This document shows positions 1 to 9,141 of a DNA stretch of 64,000 nt, piece after piece. Positions within the stretch are counted from its first letter, which is position 1. Each line of letters starts with the position of its first letter. Source of the stretch: Peptococcaceae bacterium BICA1-8 (lineage in GTDB: Bacteria; Bacillota; Peptococcia; Peptococcales; BICA1-8); the NCBI GenBank assembly GCA_000802045.1, contig JUEF01000034.1, positions 839 to 64,838 of the forward strand. The letters are read 5' to 3'. The notes below the pieces were generated by a model, which ran no database searches, was not told where the DNA came from, and saw nothing but the letters and a program-made list of their open reading frames with translations. The translations under genes and the position numbers were made by a program.

Positions 1-640
1 TATTCATTAATGTTGCGGAATCTATGGTTATTTTTTTGCCCATATTCCAGTTGGGATGTTTTAAAGCTTCTTTAGGTTTAACATTGAATAAATCTTCATG
101 CTTGTACGTCCAGAAGGGTCCACCAGAAGCGGTAAGGATAATCTTTTCTAAAGACTGGCTATCTGGTTCTAAACACTGCATTATTGCAGAATGTTCACTA
201 TCTACTGGTAATATTTTTGCTCCTGTTTTAACCCGAATTTGCTCTACTAGGTACCCTGCTGCAACAATAGCTTCTTTATTTGCCAAGGCTACATTAATTC
301 CTAATTCTAAGGCCTTTAGAGTAGGTTGTATGCCACTAGCACCAGATATAGCTGCCACTACTAAGTCAAGTTCAGTTTCAACTAAACTACGAAGAATTCC
401 ATCTATACCAAACATTACATTTATGGGTAAATGCTCTAATGCATTTTTTACTTTATGAAAGCTTTCTTCGTCGGTAAGAATTACAAATTGTGGCTGATAT
501 TTAAGCGCCTGGTGAATTATTAGTTCAGTATTTTTATGGGCGGATAATATTTGTACTTTAAACTCCTTGATTTCATCAATTACTTGTAAAGTTTGAGTCC
601 CTATTGAACCAGTACTACCTAAAAGGGCAATTTTTTTCAA
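1..640 (-). CDS. dxr: 1-deoxy-D-xylulose-5-phosphate reductoisomerase, N-terminal ~213 codons (runs off the window start)
   Basis: Not in the ORF track (TTG start at 638-640, truncated by the window edge). My minus-strand translation reads (M)KKIALLGSTGSIGTQTL...LANKEAIV...PVDSEHSAI...LTASGGPF...HPNWNMGKKITIDSATLMN, which are canonical Dxr motifs. GGAG lies 8 nt upstream of the TTG. Its position after cdsA is the common arrangement. Confidence 0.9.
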   Translation of the reverse strand, partial: MKKIALLGSTGSIGTQTLQVIDEIKEFKVQILSAHKNTELIIHQALKYQPQFVILTDEESFHKVKNALEHLPINVMFGIDGILRSLVETELDLVVAAISGASGIQPTLKALELGINVALANKEAIVAAGYLVEQIRVKTGAKILPVDSEHSAIMQCLEPDSQSLEKIILTASGGPFWTYKHEDLFNVKPKEALKHPNWNMGKKITIDSATLMN

Positions 641-641
641 T

Positions 642-1745
642 TTATCTTCTCCTTTTTTTATTTTTTGCTTGGATAAACAACTTAATTATCAATAACACCA
701 ATGGACCAATGAAAATACCTTTCATTCCCATTAATCTTAAACCTATAAAAATTGACATTAATATTGCTAAGGGGTGAAGTCCAATGCTATCTCCTAAAAT
801 TTTTGGTTCAATTAGCTGTCTAACTGTAATTAGAATTCCATATAAAATTAGTAAAGCAATCCCAAATCTATAATCACCAATAAATATATGCCAAATAGTC
901 CATGGAACGAAAATACTACCAGGACCTAGAATCGGGATTAAATCAACAATGCCCACTAAAACGCCTATAGTAATAGCGAAATCTACCCCCAATAGATACA
1001 AACCAAAAACTGCCAGTATAGCCGTCATAGAAATTAGTAGTAATTGGGCTCGCATAAATCCTATCAGTGCTGCACTCATTGCTTTGAGGATTTTATTTAA
1101 AGGCAATAAAGCTTTAACTGGAACCAGATTAATCAAATAATTAGTAATTAATTCCTTATCCTTACTAATAAAAAATGTAGCTACTGCTGAAACAATAATT
1201 ATAGTAAACATCAAGGGCAAGGTTGCAAGAAAATTAATCAAAAACTCTATTGCTCTTCCTAAAAATACTTTGAATGAGTTTGCAAATTCCACCATATTAT
1301 CTTCTATTGCTTGCTGAACTTCAAGAGGTAGGGGATTTGTCGTAATAAATAAACGAATATCCTTAAATATTTCATAACCTTCATCAAGCACATATTTATT
1401 TATTGCGGGTATCTTCCCCGATAATTGCATCAACTCTACAACCATTCGGGAACTAATAAAAACTATGAACACTGAGAAAATACCCACAACAACCAATAGA
1501 GATAAGAACACGGATAAACTTCTAGGCAGCTTTAATTTCTGTTCTAAGGTATTTACCAGAGGGTCGATTATGATAGCTATTATTACTGCAAGTATAAATG
1601 GACTAAGAGCACCTAATAATACATTTGCCGAAATTTTTAGGAATGGGAAAATATATTCCACAAGAAGATAAATACCTAACAACCCAATTACAATTGTTGA
1701 AATGGAGATTAATTTTTTCAATGCTTTATATAGGTCACTATGCAA
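642..1745 (-). CDS. AI-2E family (PerM/YtvI-like) integral membrane transporter
   Basis: 367 aa and polytopic. The C-terminal half (VGIVDLIPILGPGSIFVPW...IEPKILGDSIGLHPL) is typical of AI-2E/UPF0118 and of sporulation membrane protein YtvI-type proteins. Confidence 0.75.
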   Translation of the reverse strand: MHSDLYKALKKLISISTIVIGLLGIYLLVEYIFPFLKISANVLLGALSPFILAVIIAIIIDPLVNTLEQKLKLPRSLSVFLSLLVVVGIFSVFIVFISSRMVVELMQLSGKIPAINKYVLDEGYEIFKDIRLFITTNPLPLEVQQAIEDNMVEFANSFKVFLGRAIEFLINFLATLPLMFTIIIVSAVATFFISKDKELITNYLINLVPVKALLPLNKILKAMSAALIGFMRAQLLLISMTAILAVFGLYLLGVDFAITIGVLVGIVDLIPILGPGSIFVPWTIWHIFIGDYRFGIALLILYGILITVRQLIEPKILGDSIGLHPLAILMSIFIGLRLMGMKGIFIGPLVLLIIKLFIQAKNKKRRR

Positions 1746-1759
1746 TATTTCACCCCATC

Positions 1760-2548
1760 TTATTTATCTAAAAAAGCTAATAGATAAAATAATGCAGGTG
1801 CTGTTAATATTGTACTATCAAATCGATCTAAAATACCTCCATGACCAGGAATTATTTTTCCAGAATCTTTTATTCCTACTAGTCTTTTAAAACAGCTTTC
1901 TACTAGGTCTCCTACTTGCCCTAGAATAGATATTAAAAAAGCTGAAACAAATAAGATAGGGGCGGTAAAAATTTGGAAAAACAAATTGAATATAAAAGCT
2001 GCCAGTAGACCCAATAACAAGCCTCCTATTGCTCCTTCAATAGTTTTTTTTGGGCTTACCAAAGGGGCTAGCTTTGTCTTTCCAAAAAACCTACCAGCAA
2101 AGTAAGCTCCTGTATCAGTTGACCAGATTACTAAAAATAAATATACTAAAACAAGTGCACCATTAAAGGTATTCCTTAACAAAACTATGTGGGTTAATGA
2201 CCAACCAACATATATTAAAATAAAAATGTTAGCTGAAATGTCCTCTAGATTTATCTTTGGGTATTTGAATACAGAATAAAATAAAATAATAAAAAAACTT
2301 AAACCCAATCCATAATTAAACCAGTTTGCAGATTGACTCCAAGCACCCCAGATAAGGACTAACTCACCCAATATTATTGGAACCAAAAGTATTTTGTTGC
2401 CTCTAATTTTTAGCATTGCTTTAAATTCAAAAGTACCAATTATAATTAGAAATAAAACAGCTAATGCTAACCAACTCTCACCTATCGATATTATAAACAC
2501 CCACAAGGGTATCCCAATCAATGCACTAATAATTCTTAACCACAGCAT
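1760..2548 (-). CDS. cdsA: phosphatidate cytidylyltransferase
   Basis: 262 aa membrane protein with the CdsA signature SCFKRLVGIKDSGKIIPGHGGILDRFDS. Sits between uppS and dxr. Confidence 0.88.
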   Translation of the reverse strand: MLWLRIISALIGIPLWVFIISIGESWLALAVLFLIIIGTFEFKAMLKIRGNKILLVPIILGELVLIWGAWSQSANWFNYGLGLSFFIILFYSVFKYPKINLEDISANIFILIYVGWSLTHIVLLRNTFNGALVLVYLFLVIWSTDTGAYFAGRFFGKTKLAPLVSPKKTIEGAIGGLLLGLLAAFIFNLFFQIFTAPILFVSAFLISILGQVGDLVESCFKRLVGIKDSGKIIPGHGGILDRFDSTILTAPALFYLLAFLDK

Positions 2549-2561
2549 GTTTACACCACAC

Positions 2562-3320
2562 TTAACTAAAATTTAATCCGCCAAATCTTCTATCACGATT
2601 TTGGAAATCATATATAGCATTAACTAAATGTTGCGGCTTAAAATCAGGCCACAATACATTAGTAACCCAAAATTCAGAATATGCTAGCTGCCATAAAAGG
2701 AAATTGCTAATTCGCATCTCCCCAGAGGGCCGAATCATCAGATCAGGATCAGGCTGATTATATGTATATAAAAATTGTCCTATTAAATCTTCATTAATGT
2801 CCTCACAAGCTAATTCACCCTTTTTCATTTTTTGACAAATCAAGCTTACAGCATGAGTTATTTCAGTCCTGCCTCCGTAATTTAGTGCAACATTTAATAC
2901 TAGTTTATTGTTTTCTTGTGTACTATTTTTTGCATCGATAATATATTTTAATGTATTATCTGGTAAATCCTCAATTTTGCCGATAGGATTTATTCTTACC
3001 CCATTCTTATGTAAAATATTCAGCTCTCTTTGGATGTATTCAATAATTAAATTCATTAAAGTGCTTACCTCTTCTTTGGGCCTTTTCCAGTTTTCGGTGG
3101 AAAAGGCATATACAGTTAAGTAGGGGATATTTATATCTAAACAAAACTGAATAATATTTTTAAGTGACTCCACACCAGCACGATGACCGGCTACTCTAGG
3201 CAACCCCCTTTTAGTAGCCCATCTACCATTCCCATCCATAATTATGGCGATATGCTTTGGCAATGGTTTAGCTAGAATATCCTCTTTTTCAATAGATTTT
3301 TTCTTAGAAAAAAAAGCCAT
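2562..3320 (-). CDS. uppS: undecaprenyl (isoprenyl) diphosphate synthase
   Basis: HIAIIMDGNGRWA, YAFSTENWKRP and IRPSGEMRISNFLLWQLAYSEF motifs; 252 aa. Confidence 0.93.
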   Translation of the reverse strand: MAFFSKKKSIEKEDILAKPLPKHIAIIMDGNGRWATKRGLPRVAGHRAGVESLKNIIQFCLDINIPYLTVYAFSTENWKRPKEEVSTLMNLIIEYIQRELNILHKNGVRINPIGKIEDLPDNTLKYIIDAKNSTQENNKLVLNVALNYGGRTEITHAVSLICQKMKKGELACEDINEDLIGQFLYTYNQPDPDLMIRPSGEMRISNFLLWQLAYSEFWVTNVLWPDFKPQHLVNAIYDFQNRDRRFGGLNFS

Positions 3321-3354
3321 AATAACCTCCGCTTTTCCAATCTTTCCTTATATA

Positions 3355-3395
3355 TAATATAAGAAAACCCCCTTTATGTAAACTATAGGGGGTTT
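3355..3395 (-). terminator. rho-independent terminator after frr and the small ORF
   Basis: Perfect 9-bp stem AAACCCCCT / AGGGGGTTT (3365-3373 / 3387-3395) with a 13-nt loop, followed on the minus strand by TCTTATATT. Confidence 0.55.
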
Positions 3396-3405
3396 ATATA
3401 AGAAA

Positions 3406-3600
3406 TTATAAACCTAGCGTATTGTGATGATAAGTAACAACTAATTCTATATTTTTAGAAAAAACTTCTCCTATTCTGACAATCTTAATTGTACCTGGCG
3501 GGTTATTTAAGTACTTTATATCACTAATAATATAGCCACATTCTCTTAATTCTCTTTGCGCATTTTCAAAATCACAAGCTAAAAAGTCGTTTAGATCCAT
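3406..3600 (-). CDS. small hypothetical protein (64 aa), possibly PASTA-like fold
   Basis: ORF begins 3 nt after the frr stop. Its pattern (FENAQRELRECGYII...PPGTIKIVRIGEVFSKNIELVV) loosely resembles a single PASTA-type domain. No firm family assignment. Confidence 0.4.
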   Translation of the reverse strand: MDLNDFLACDFENAQRELRECGYIISDIKYLNNPPGTIKIVRIGEVFSKNIELVVTYHHNTLGL

Positions 3601-3603
3601 GGC

Positions 3604-4161
3604 TTAAATCTCCATTATTTCCTGTTCTTTATTACTTAGTACTTTATCCGCCTCTGCTATATACTTATCCGTTACTTTTTGTACGTCTTCTTGAGCCTTT
3701 TTACCTTCATCCTCAGTAATATCTTTAGATTTTTCTAAAGATTTAAAGTGATCATTTGCATCTCTACGAATATTTCTAATACCTACCCTAGCATCCTCGG
3801 CTTTTTTCTTAATAATTTTAACAAGTTCTTTTCTTCTTTCCTGAGTTAGCTGGGGAATCATAATACGAATAACAGTACCGTCACTTGAAGGATTTAATCC
3901 TAAGTCAGATTTTAAGATAGCTCTTTCAATATTGGGGATAATACTCTTATCCCAAGGTTGGATTACTAGAAGTCGGGCTTCAGGTGCATTTACATTAGCC
4001 ATTTGGTTAATGGGTGTAGGTACACCATAATAATCAACATGAACTTTTTCTAAGATAGCCGGATTTGCTTTACCTGCTCTTAAACTGGCAAAATCTTTTC
4101 TTAATACCTCAATGGTTTTTTGCATTCTTTCTTCCGAATCCATAATAATTTCGTCAATCAT
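3604..4161 (-). CDS. frr: ribosome recycling factor
   Basis: RRF sequence ([38 protein letters not shown]...). I chose the ATG at 4161, which has GGGAGGG upstream and gives the usual 185 aa. It overlaps the pyrH stop by 8 nt. Confidence 0.93.
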   Translation of the reverse strand: MIDEIIMDSEERMQKTIEVLRKDFASLRAGKANPAILEKVHVDYYGVPTPINQMANVNAPEARLLVIQPWDKSIIPNIERAILKSDLGLNPSSDGTVIRIMIPQLTQERRKELVKIIKKKAEDARVGIRNIRRDANDHFKSLEKSKDITEDEGKKAQEDVQKVTDKYIAEADKVLSNKEQEIMEI

Positions 4162-4882
4162 TTTTTTCCCTCCCAACATAGGTTCCAATATTTTCACCCA
4201 TTATTACTTTCTTAATATTACCCGTTTCGTTAAGACTAAAAACAATTATCGGAATGTTATTATCCATACAAAGGGATGTTGCAGTAGAATCCATAACACC
4301 AAGCCCTTTATTTAATACATCAATATAACCCAGGTCACTAAACTTTTTTGCACCCGGATTAGTAACTGGATCAGCATCATAAACACCATCTACTTTTTTA
4401 GCCATTAATATTACTTCTGCTTCAATTTCAGCTGCCCTTAAAGCGGCTGTAGTATCTGTAGAAAAATATGGATTACCTGTTCCAGCTGCAAATATTACTA
4501 CTCTTCCTTTTTCAAGATGGCGAATAGCTCTTCTTCTAATATATGGCTCGGCAATTTGCCGCATTTCAATGGCTGTTTGGACTCTGGTTACAACCTGGTA
4601 GTTTTCCAAAGCATCCTGCAAAGCTAAAGAGTTTATTACGGTTGCTAACATTCCCATATAATCTGCAGTAGCCCTATCCATTCCCCTCGAACTACCCGCA
4701 ACACCTCGCCAAATATTACCGCCCCCTACAACTATGGCGACTTCCACTCCTATATCGACAATTTCCGAAACTTGATTGGCGATAGAATTTAATATTTCTT
4801 GATTTAATCCATAACCAAAATCTCCAGCTAAGGCTTCTCCACTTAGCTTTACAATAACCCGTTTATATTTTGGCTGATCCAT
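4154..4882 (-). CDS. pyrH: UMP kinase
   Basis: [22 protein letters not shown] and [17 protein letters not shown] motifs; 242 aa. Confidence 0.95.
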   Translation of the reverse strand: MDQPKYKRVIVKLSGEALAGDFGYGLNQEILNSIANQVSEIVDIGVEVAIVVGGGNIWRGVAGSSRGMDRATADYMGMLATVINSLALQDALENYQVVTRVQTAIEMRQIAEPYIRRRAIRHLEKGRVVIFAAGTGNPYFSTDTTAALRAAEIEAEVILMAKKVDGVYDADPVTNPGAKKFSDLGYIDVLNKGLGVMDSTATSLCMDNNIPIIVFSLNETGNIKKVIMGENIGTYVGREKND

Positions 4883-4982
4883 AAGGCGTAACTACCTCCA
4901 GTCTATTATCTTCTACATTTTACCTATAATTCCTTTTTTCTATTCCCTTCAAAAAAGAGAACACAATGTGTTCTCCTTGTGG

Positions 4983-5636
4983 CTATTTTTTATTAACTTC
5001 AGCCATTACCTCAGCAGCAAAATCATCTTTTTTCTTTTCAATACCTTCACCTAATTCATACCGACTAAACCGACGAATATTGATATTTTCACCGATTTCG
5101 ACAATGGCTTCGGATATCATTTTACTTACTGTTTTATCACTGTCTTTAATAAATGGTTGTTCTAACAAACACACATCTTTATAATATTTTTCTATTCGAC
5201 CTTCAACCATTTTATCGACAATGCTTTCCGGTTTTCCCTCATTCAATGCTTGAGCTCTTAATATTTCTTTTTCCTTTTCAATTAGTTCATGAGGAACTTC
5301 TTCTTTTTTAATAAATTCCGGTTTGCTTGCAGCAATTTGCATAGCTATATTTCTCGCCAATTCCTTAAATTTCTCAGTTTTAGCAACAAAATCTGTCTCA
5401 CAGTTTACTTCAACTAAAACACCGATTTTACCACCCATATGTATATAAGAAGCTACAACTCCTTCAGCAGCAATTCTACCTGACTTTTTAGCTGCTGCGG
5501 CTAAACCCTTTTCCCTTAAATATTCTATAGCTTTTTCCATATTTCCATTGGTTTCCACAAGAGCTTTTTTGCAATCCATCATCCCCGCACCGGTCGTTTC
5601 TCTCAATTCTTTTACCATTCCAGCAGAAATAGTCAT
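4983..5636 (-). CDS. tsf: translation elongation factor Ts
   Basis: N-terminal UBA-like [21 protein letters not shown] chose the ATG at 5636, preceded by AAGGGGG (217 aa). The track start is over-extended. Confidence 0.93.
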   Translation of the reverse strand: MTISAGMVKELRETTGAGMMDCKKALVETNGNMEKAIEYLREKGLAAAAKKSGRIAAEGVVASYIHMGGKIGVLVEVNCETDFVAKTEKFKELARNIAMQIAASKPEFIKKEEVPHELIEKEKEILRAQALNEGKPESIVDKMVEGRIEKYYKDVCLLEQPFIKDSDKTVSKMISEAIVEIGENINIRRFSRYELGEGIEKKKDDFAAEVMAEVNKK

Positions 5637-5770
5637 ATTAGTACCCCCTTTTTTTATATCTAGTAGCATAACCAAAAAATATTTTATGTAAAATCATGTT
5701 ATCTAAAAATAGAACCACTAGTAATTGGATAAATATAAATACATCTTAAAAATCACTTCAGTTATTTGTC

Positions 5771-5809
5771 AAAAAGAAGGGGCAGCCACAACTGGGGTCC
5801 CTGTTCCCC
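5771..5809 (-). terminator. hairpin plus U-tract between rpsB and tsf (possible attenuator)
   Basis: Minus strand reads GGGGAACAG...CTGCCCC followed by TTCTTTTT. The stem is imperfect (AA bulge). Confidence 0.35.
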
Positions 5810-5836
5810 GTTTGGTTACCCCCTCTATCCAAAACT

Positions 5837-6544
5837 TTATTCTCCGACTACTAAATTTGTATCACTTTGTTTAGCTTCTAAAACCGCATCAGACATAACA
5901 GATGAAAGTAATTTAACTGCTCTAATAGCATCATCATTACCAGGAATTACATAATCAATTTCATCCGGGTCACAGTTAGTATCTACTATTGCTACAACTG
6001 GTATACCTAACCGTTTTGCTTCAGCGACAGCAATACGTTCTTTTCTCGGGTCAATAACAAAAAGTGCACCCGGAAGTTGTGGCATATTCTTAATACCACC
6101 TAAAAATCTTTCCAGACGTTCGCTTTCGCCCCTTAATTTAATTACTTCTTTTTTGGGCAAAACAGACATAGTGCCATCTTCTTCCATTTTCTCTAGTTCA
6201 AAAAGACGATCAATCCGTTTTTTAATAGTATTATAGTTGGTTAGCATTCCGCCTAGCCATCTTTCATTAACAAAGTATTCTCCACATCTCAGGGCTTCAT
6301 CTTTAACGGTTTCCTGAGCTTGTTTTTTTGTACCTACAAAAAGAATTGGCTTTCCGTCCATTGCTACTTCGCGAACAAATTCATATGCCTCAACTACTTT
6401 TTTTACAGTCTTTTGTAAATCAATAATATAAATGCCATTTCGCTCAGCAAATATATATGGAGCCATTTTGGGATTCCAGCGTCTTGTTTGATGTCCAAAA
6501 TGAACACCTGCTTCTAAAAGTTGTTTCATGGAGACTATAGCCAT
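5837..6544 (-). CDS. rpsB: 30S ribosomal protein S2
   Basis: [27 protein letters not shown]...; 235 aa. Confidence 0.96.
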   Translation of the reverse strand: MAIVSMKQLLEAGVHFGHQTRRWNPKMAPYIFAERNGIYIIDLQKTVKKVVEAYEFVREVAMDGKPILFVGTKKQAQETVKDEALRCGEYFVNERWLGGMLTNYNTIKKRIDRLFELEKMEEDGTMSVLPKKEVIKLRGESERLERFLGGIKNMPQLPGALFVIDPRKERIAVAEAKRLGIPVVAIVDTNCDPDEIDYVIPGNDDAIRAVKLLSSVMSDAVLEAKQSDTNLVVGE

Positions 6545-6660
6545 TGCTTTGGCACCTCCTTTCCTTGTTGGTTTTTTTCCTCCGCCTTCTTCAACTCCAT
6601 TTTAGACCTTAGCGGCACCCTAAAATAAATCCAAAGACGTGTGTAGTAACACCAAAAATT

Positions 6661-6689
6661 ATTTTATCACAGTAAATTCATTTAAGCAA
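6661..6689 (-). promoter_or_regulatory. sigma-A type promoter for rpsB-tsf
   Basis: Minus strand reads TTGCTT (6689-6684), a 17-nt spacer, then TAAAAT (6666-6661) with an extended TG. It would leave a ~110-nt leader before the rpsB ATG. Confidence 0.5.
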
Positions 6690-6735
6690 TATCTTATTCC
6701 GGAAAATATCGGAAATAGCGAGTTAATCTCAAGTA

Positions 6736-7194
6736 TTATACTAATGTACCATCCTTATAGATATGCAAAACCATAGCAACTTGGTCTTGCCCAACTCCTA
6801 AGTTTTGAGAAATATCTTTAATGCTCCACCCTGCTTTAGATAACTGCAGCATAGATTGTTGTTGCGATGACAACCTTATTTCATATGCTTTTTTTTCCTT
6901 TTTCTTATTACGAGTATTTCTATTAGTAATTGATTTATCTTCATTAGTGCTTATCATTGAGCTCTTTTCAATATCAATTAAAGCTTCTTTGCCTTCTTCA
7001 ATTTTTAGCCCTAAATCATAAATGATTTCATCAGAAACTTTCATGTATTGCTCATAAAGCTTTTCTAAATTACTCTCAATTTGTTTAGCCTCAGCAATGG
7101 CATTTAAAAATGAATTTACTTGGATCCTTAGAAACAGCCAAACAATTAACAAGGTTGTTAAAATTCCTAAAATATATCCTATCATTTCTATCAC
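6736..7194 (-). CDS. membrane-anchored protein with C-terminal helix-turn-helix (SwrB-position unknown)
   Basis: 152 aa with one N-terminal TM helix (IGYILGILTTLLIVWLFL), a coiled/charged middle and a C-terminal HTH-like LSKAGWSIKDISQNLGVGQDQVAMVL. Its start abuts the stop of the upstream ORF (7194/7195). Confidence 0.5.
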   Translation of the reverse strand: MIEMIGYILGILTTLLIVWLFLRIQVNSFLNAIAEAKQIESNLEKLYEQYMKVSDEIIYDLGLKIEEGKEALIDIEKSSMISTNEDKSITNRNTRNKKKEKKAYEIRLSSQQQSMLQLSKAGWSIKDISQNLGVGQDQVAMVLHIYKDGTLV

Positions 7195-7509
7195 CTATAT
7201 ATGAATATCTAATATATTACCTAGATGTTTTGGTGAGCATTCCTCTTTTTCTTCTTGCTCACTTGGTTCAGATGAATTGTTTCGCCTTTTAGACCCATCT
7301 TTATTGGATTCTTTGTTATTATCCATTATTTTTTTTCCGGTATCCTCCAACTTGTTTACTGAGGTCTGTTGAACATTAGAATCTCTGCGAAGTTCAACTC
7401 CAGTATGGTGACTTTGATTCTGTTGTTGTTGTAATTGTAATTGTTGAATTTTACCTACATCATGACTTCGAGGAACAAGGACCTGCATATCTATTGCTTT
7501 TAACGACAT
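7195..7509 (-). CDS. hypothetical Q-rich hydrophilic protein (104 aa)
   Basis: ORF with AAGGAGAG SD upstream. Low-complexity QLQLQQQQNQ tract; no recognisable domain. Confidence 0.4.
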   Translation of the reverse strand: MSLKAIDMQVLVPRSHDVGKIQQLQLQQQQNQSHHTGVELRRDSNVQQTSVNKLEDTGKKIMDNNKESNKDGSKRRNNSSEPSEQEEKEECSPKHLGNILDIHI

Positions 7510-7514
7510 TCAGT

Positions 7515-9041
7515 TCACTCTCCTTTTTCATCAGCTAGAGGAGAAATGCTGATATCAACACCTTTTTGACGCAACATAAGATTATATAGTTCCGTAGTAA
7601 AGTGTTTATTAGCCCGCCCGATAACGACATTTACTCCGCAATTAATTACTCCCGATACTTTAATATATCCGTCTTCAAGTTCCTTAATTTGCTCCTCTAG
7701 CTTTTGTTTAATTAAGGACAAATCCTCCTCCTGTTTATCTAATTGTCCTTTTGTGAGAAGTAATTTTGCTAGCAATATATTTTTATCGGAAGGGAGATTA
7801 CCTATTTTTTCTTTTAGATCGCCTAAAAGCTTTATTCCTTTCACTGTTTTTTGATAATTATCTTTTGAATGTACAAGTTTTTCACAGACATCTTTATATT
7901 CTAAACGTAGCTCCGGTTTTAGTCCAACCTCGATAGTTGTAATAGTTGCAAGATTTGAACCCATATTTTTGCAAATCAGTGCTTTACCCGCCCGACAAAT
8001 ACCACCGACTACTAAACCTTTTCTTCCACCGACCTGTATTATTGATCCGCTGTTTACAATACTGTGCATAATTGCCTCATTAACTATAACATCTTCAGCA
8101 GCACTGATATGAGCATATTCCACGAAATTACAGTAAACACTGCCTTGAGCTTCTACTTTACTCTTTTTTAGTCCTCTGACTCCTTTTTTGATGAAAATAT
8201 TCCCAGAAGCAAAAACATGTCCACCTTCTACGCTCCCATATATTTCCACATCACCCTTGGCTTTAACACTAAACCCATCTTTAATATTACCTTTTACCAC
8301 TACATTTCCTACAAAATCAATATTACCTGTAGAAAAATCAACATCACTGGCCACCTCAAAGACAGGTAGTACCGAAACTCTGCGATCTACTATAACAACA
8401 TGACCCTCACAGTTAGCATATCCTTTTAAACTATCTGCTGATAAGGTTAAATTTTTACCTATAGGAAGAATAGCATCTTTTCCATTTAATGCGGGAATCT
8501 CCAGTCCAGTTACTGTTATACCTGGTATTCCTTTTGTGGCAAGGATTTTTTCAACAAGAAGTTGTCCTTTTTCTACGATTTGAATTAAACTAATATTATA
8601 GAAATCCACTTTTCCATTTTCTAATTCCTTAGGTTTTATTTTTAACCCTTTTTCATAAAAATAATATTTAATTTCTGCATTTTTACCTGCCATTGGTTCA
8701 CGACCCTTGGCTATAGGCAAACTTCTAATAAGCTTATTTTCTGCTAGAGCAATCATAATTTTTACTTCATCAACACCACAAGTAATCCCTCTATTGATTA
8801 AAATACCTTTTATTTCAGACAAATTTATTTTATGTTGACCCTCGATGGCTGGAAAAATCGTCAAGTATGCGTTTAATAAATGCGCATCAACCTCCACATC
8901 GAATTTCCCACCTAAATCTAAATTCATATTATCAGTTAGCTTTAAAGGCTCTAATGAATTTAAATCAATCCATTTCTCCAATATCTGATAGTTAATTTGA
9001 ATTTTTCTTAATGTCAATTCCTTTTTCAGTAAAGATAGCAC
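7515..9041 (-). CDS. FapA (DUF342) family flagellar-assembly-associated protein
   Basis: 508 aa. Has the beta-helix-like repeat core (GNIDFVGNVVVKGNIKDGFSVKAKGDVEIYGSVEGG...) and C-terminal coiled coil typical of FapA/DUF342, next to sigD. The true start is uncertain (see the FapA start-codon finding at 9042-9128). Confidence 0.8.
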   Translation of the reverse strand: MLSLLKKELTLRKIQINYQILEKWIDLNSLEPLKLTDNMNLDLGGKFDVEVDAHLLNAYLTIFPAIEGQHKINLSEIKGILINRGITCGVDEVKIMIALAENKLIRSLPIAKGREPMAGKNAEIKYYFYEKGLKIKPKELENGKVDFYNISLIQIVEKGQLLVEKILATKGIPGITVTGLEIPALNGKDAILPIGKNLTLSADSLKGYANCEGHVVIVDRRVSVLPVFEVASDVDFSTGNIDFVGNVVVKGNIKDGFSVKAKGDVEIYGSVEGGHVFASGNIFIKKGVRGLKKSKVEAQGSVYCNFVEYAHISAAEDVIVNEAIMHSIVNSGSIIQVGGRKGLVVGGICRAGKALICKNMGSNLATITTIEVGLKPELRLEYKDVCEKLVHSKDNYQKTVKGIKLLGDLKEKIGNLPSDKNILLAKLLLTKGQLDKQEEDLSLIKQKLEEQIKELEDGYIKVSGVINCGVNVVIGRANKHFTTELYNLMLRQKGVDISISPLADEKGE

Positions 9042-9141
9042 GTGTTCCCTATCTACATTGTCCGAAGTTACATATAACCCATCTGTTTTTAATATTAATC
9101 TATATAAGTCTATTCTTCCACACCTCCTATTCTTGAAATTA

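Noticed and set aside
24-458. 144-aa plus-strand ORF at the window start
   Set aside because: It is antisense to a clearly recognisable dxr coding sequence on the minus strand. Its translation has no recognisable features.
6690-6715. TCCGATAT as a sigma-D promoter upstream of rpsB
   Set aside because: The first base of the -10 box is wrong, and no TAAA lies at the right distance. A much better sigma-A promoter lies just downstream.
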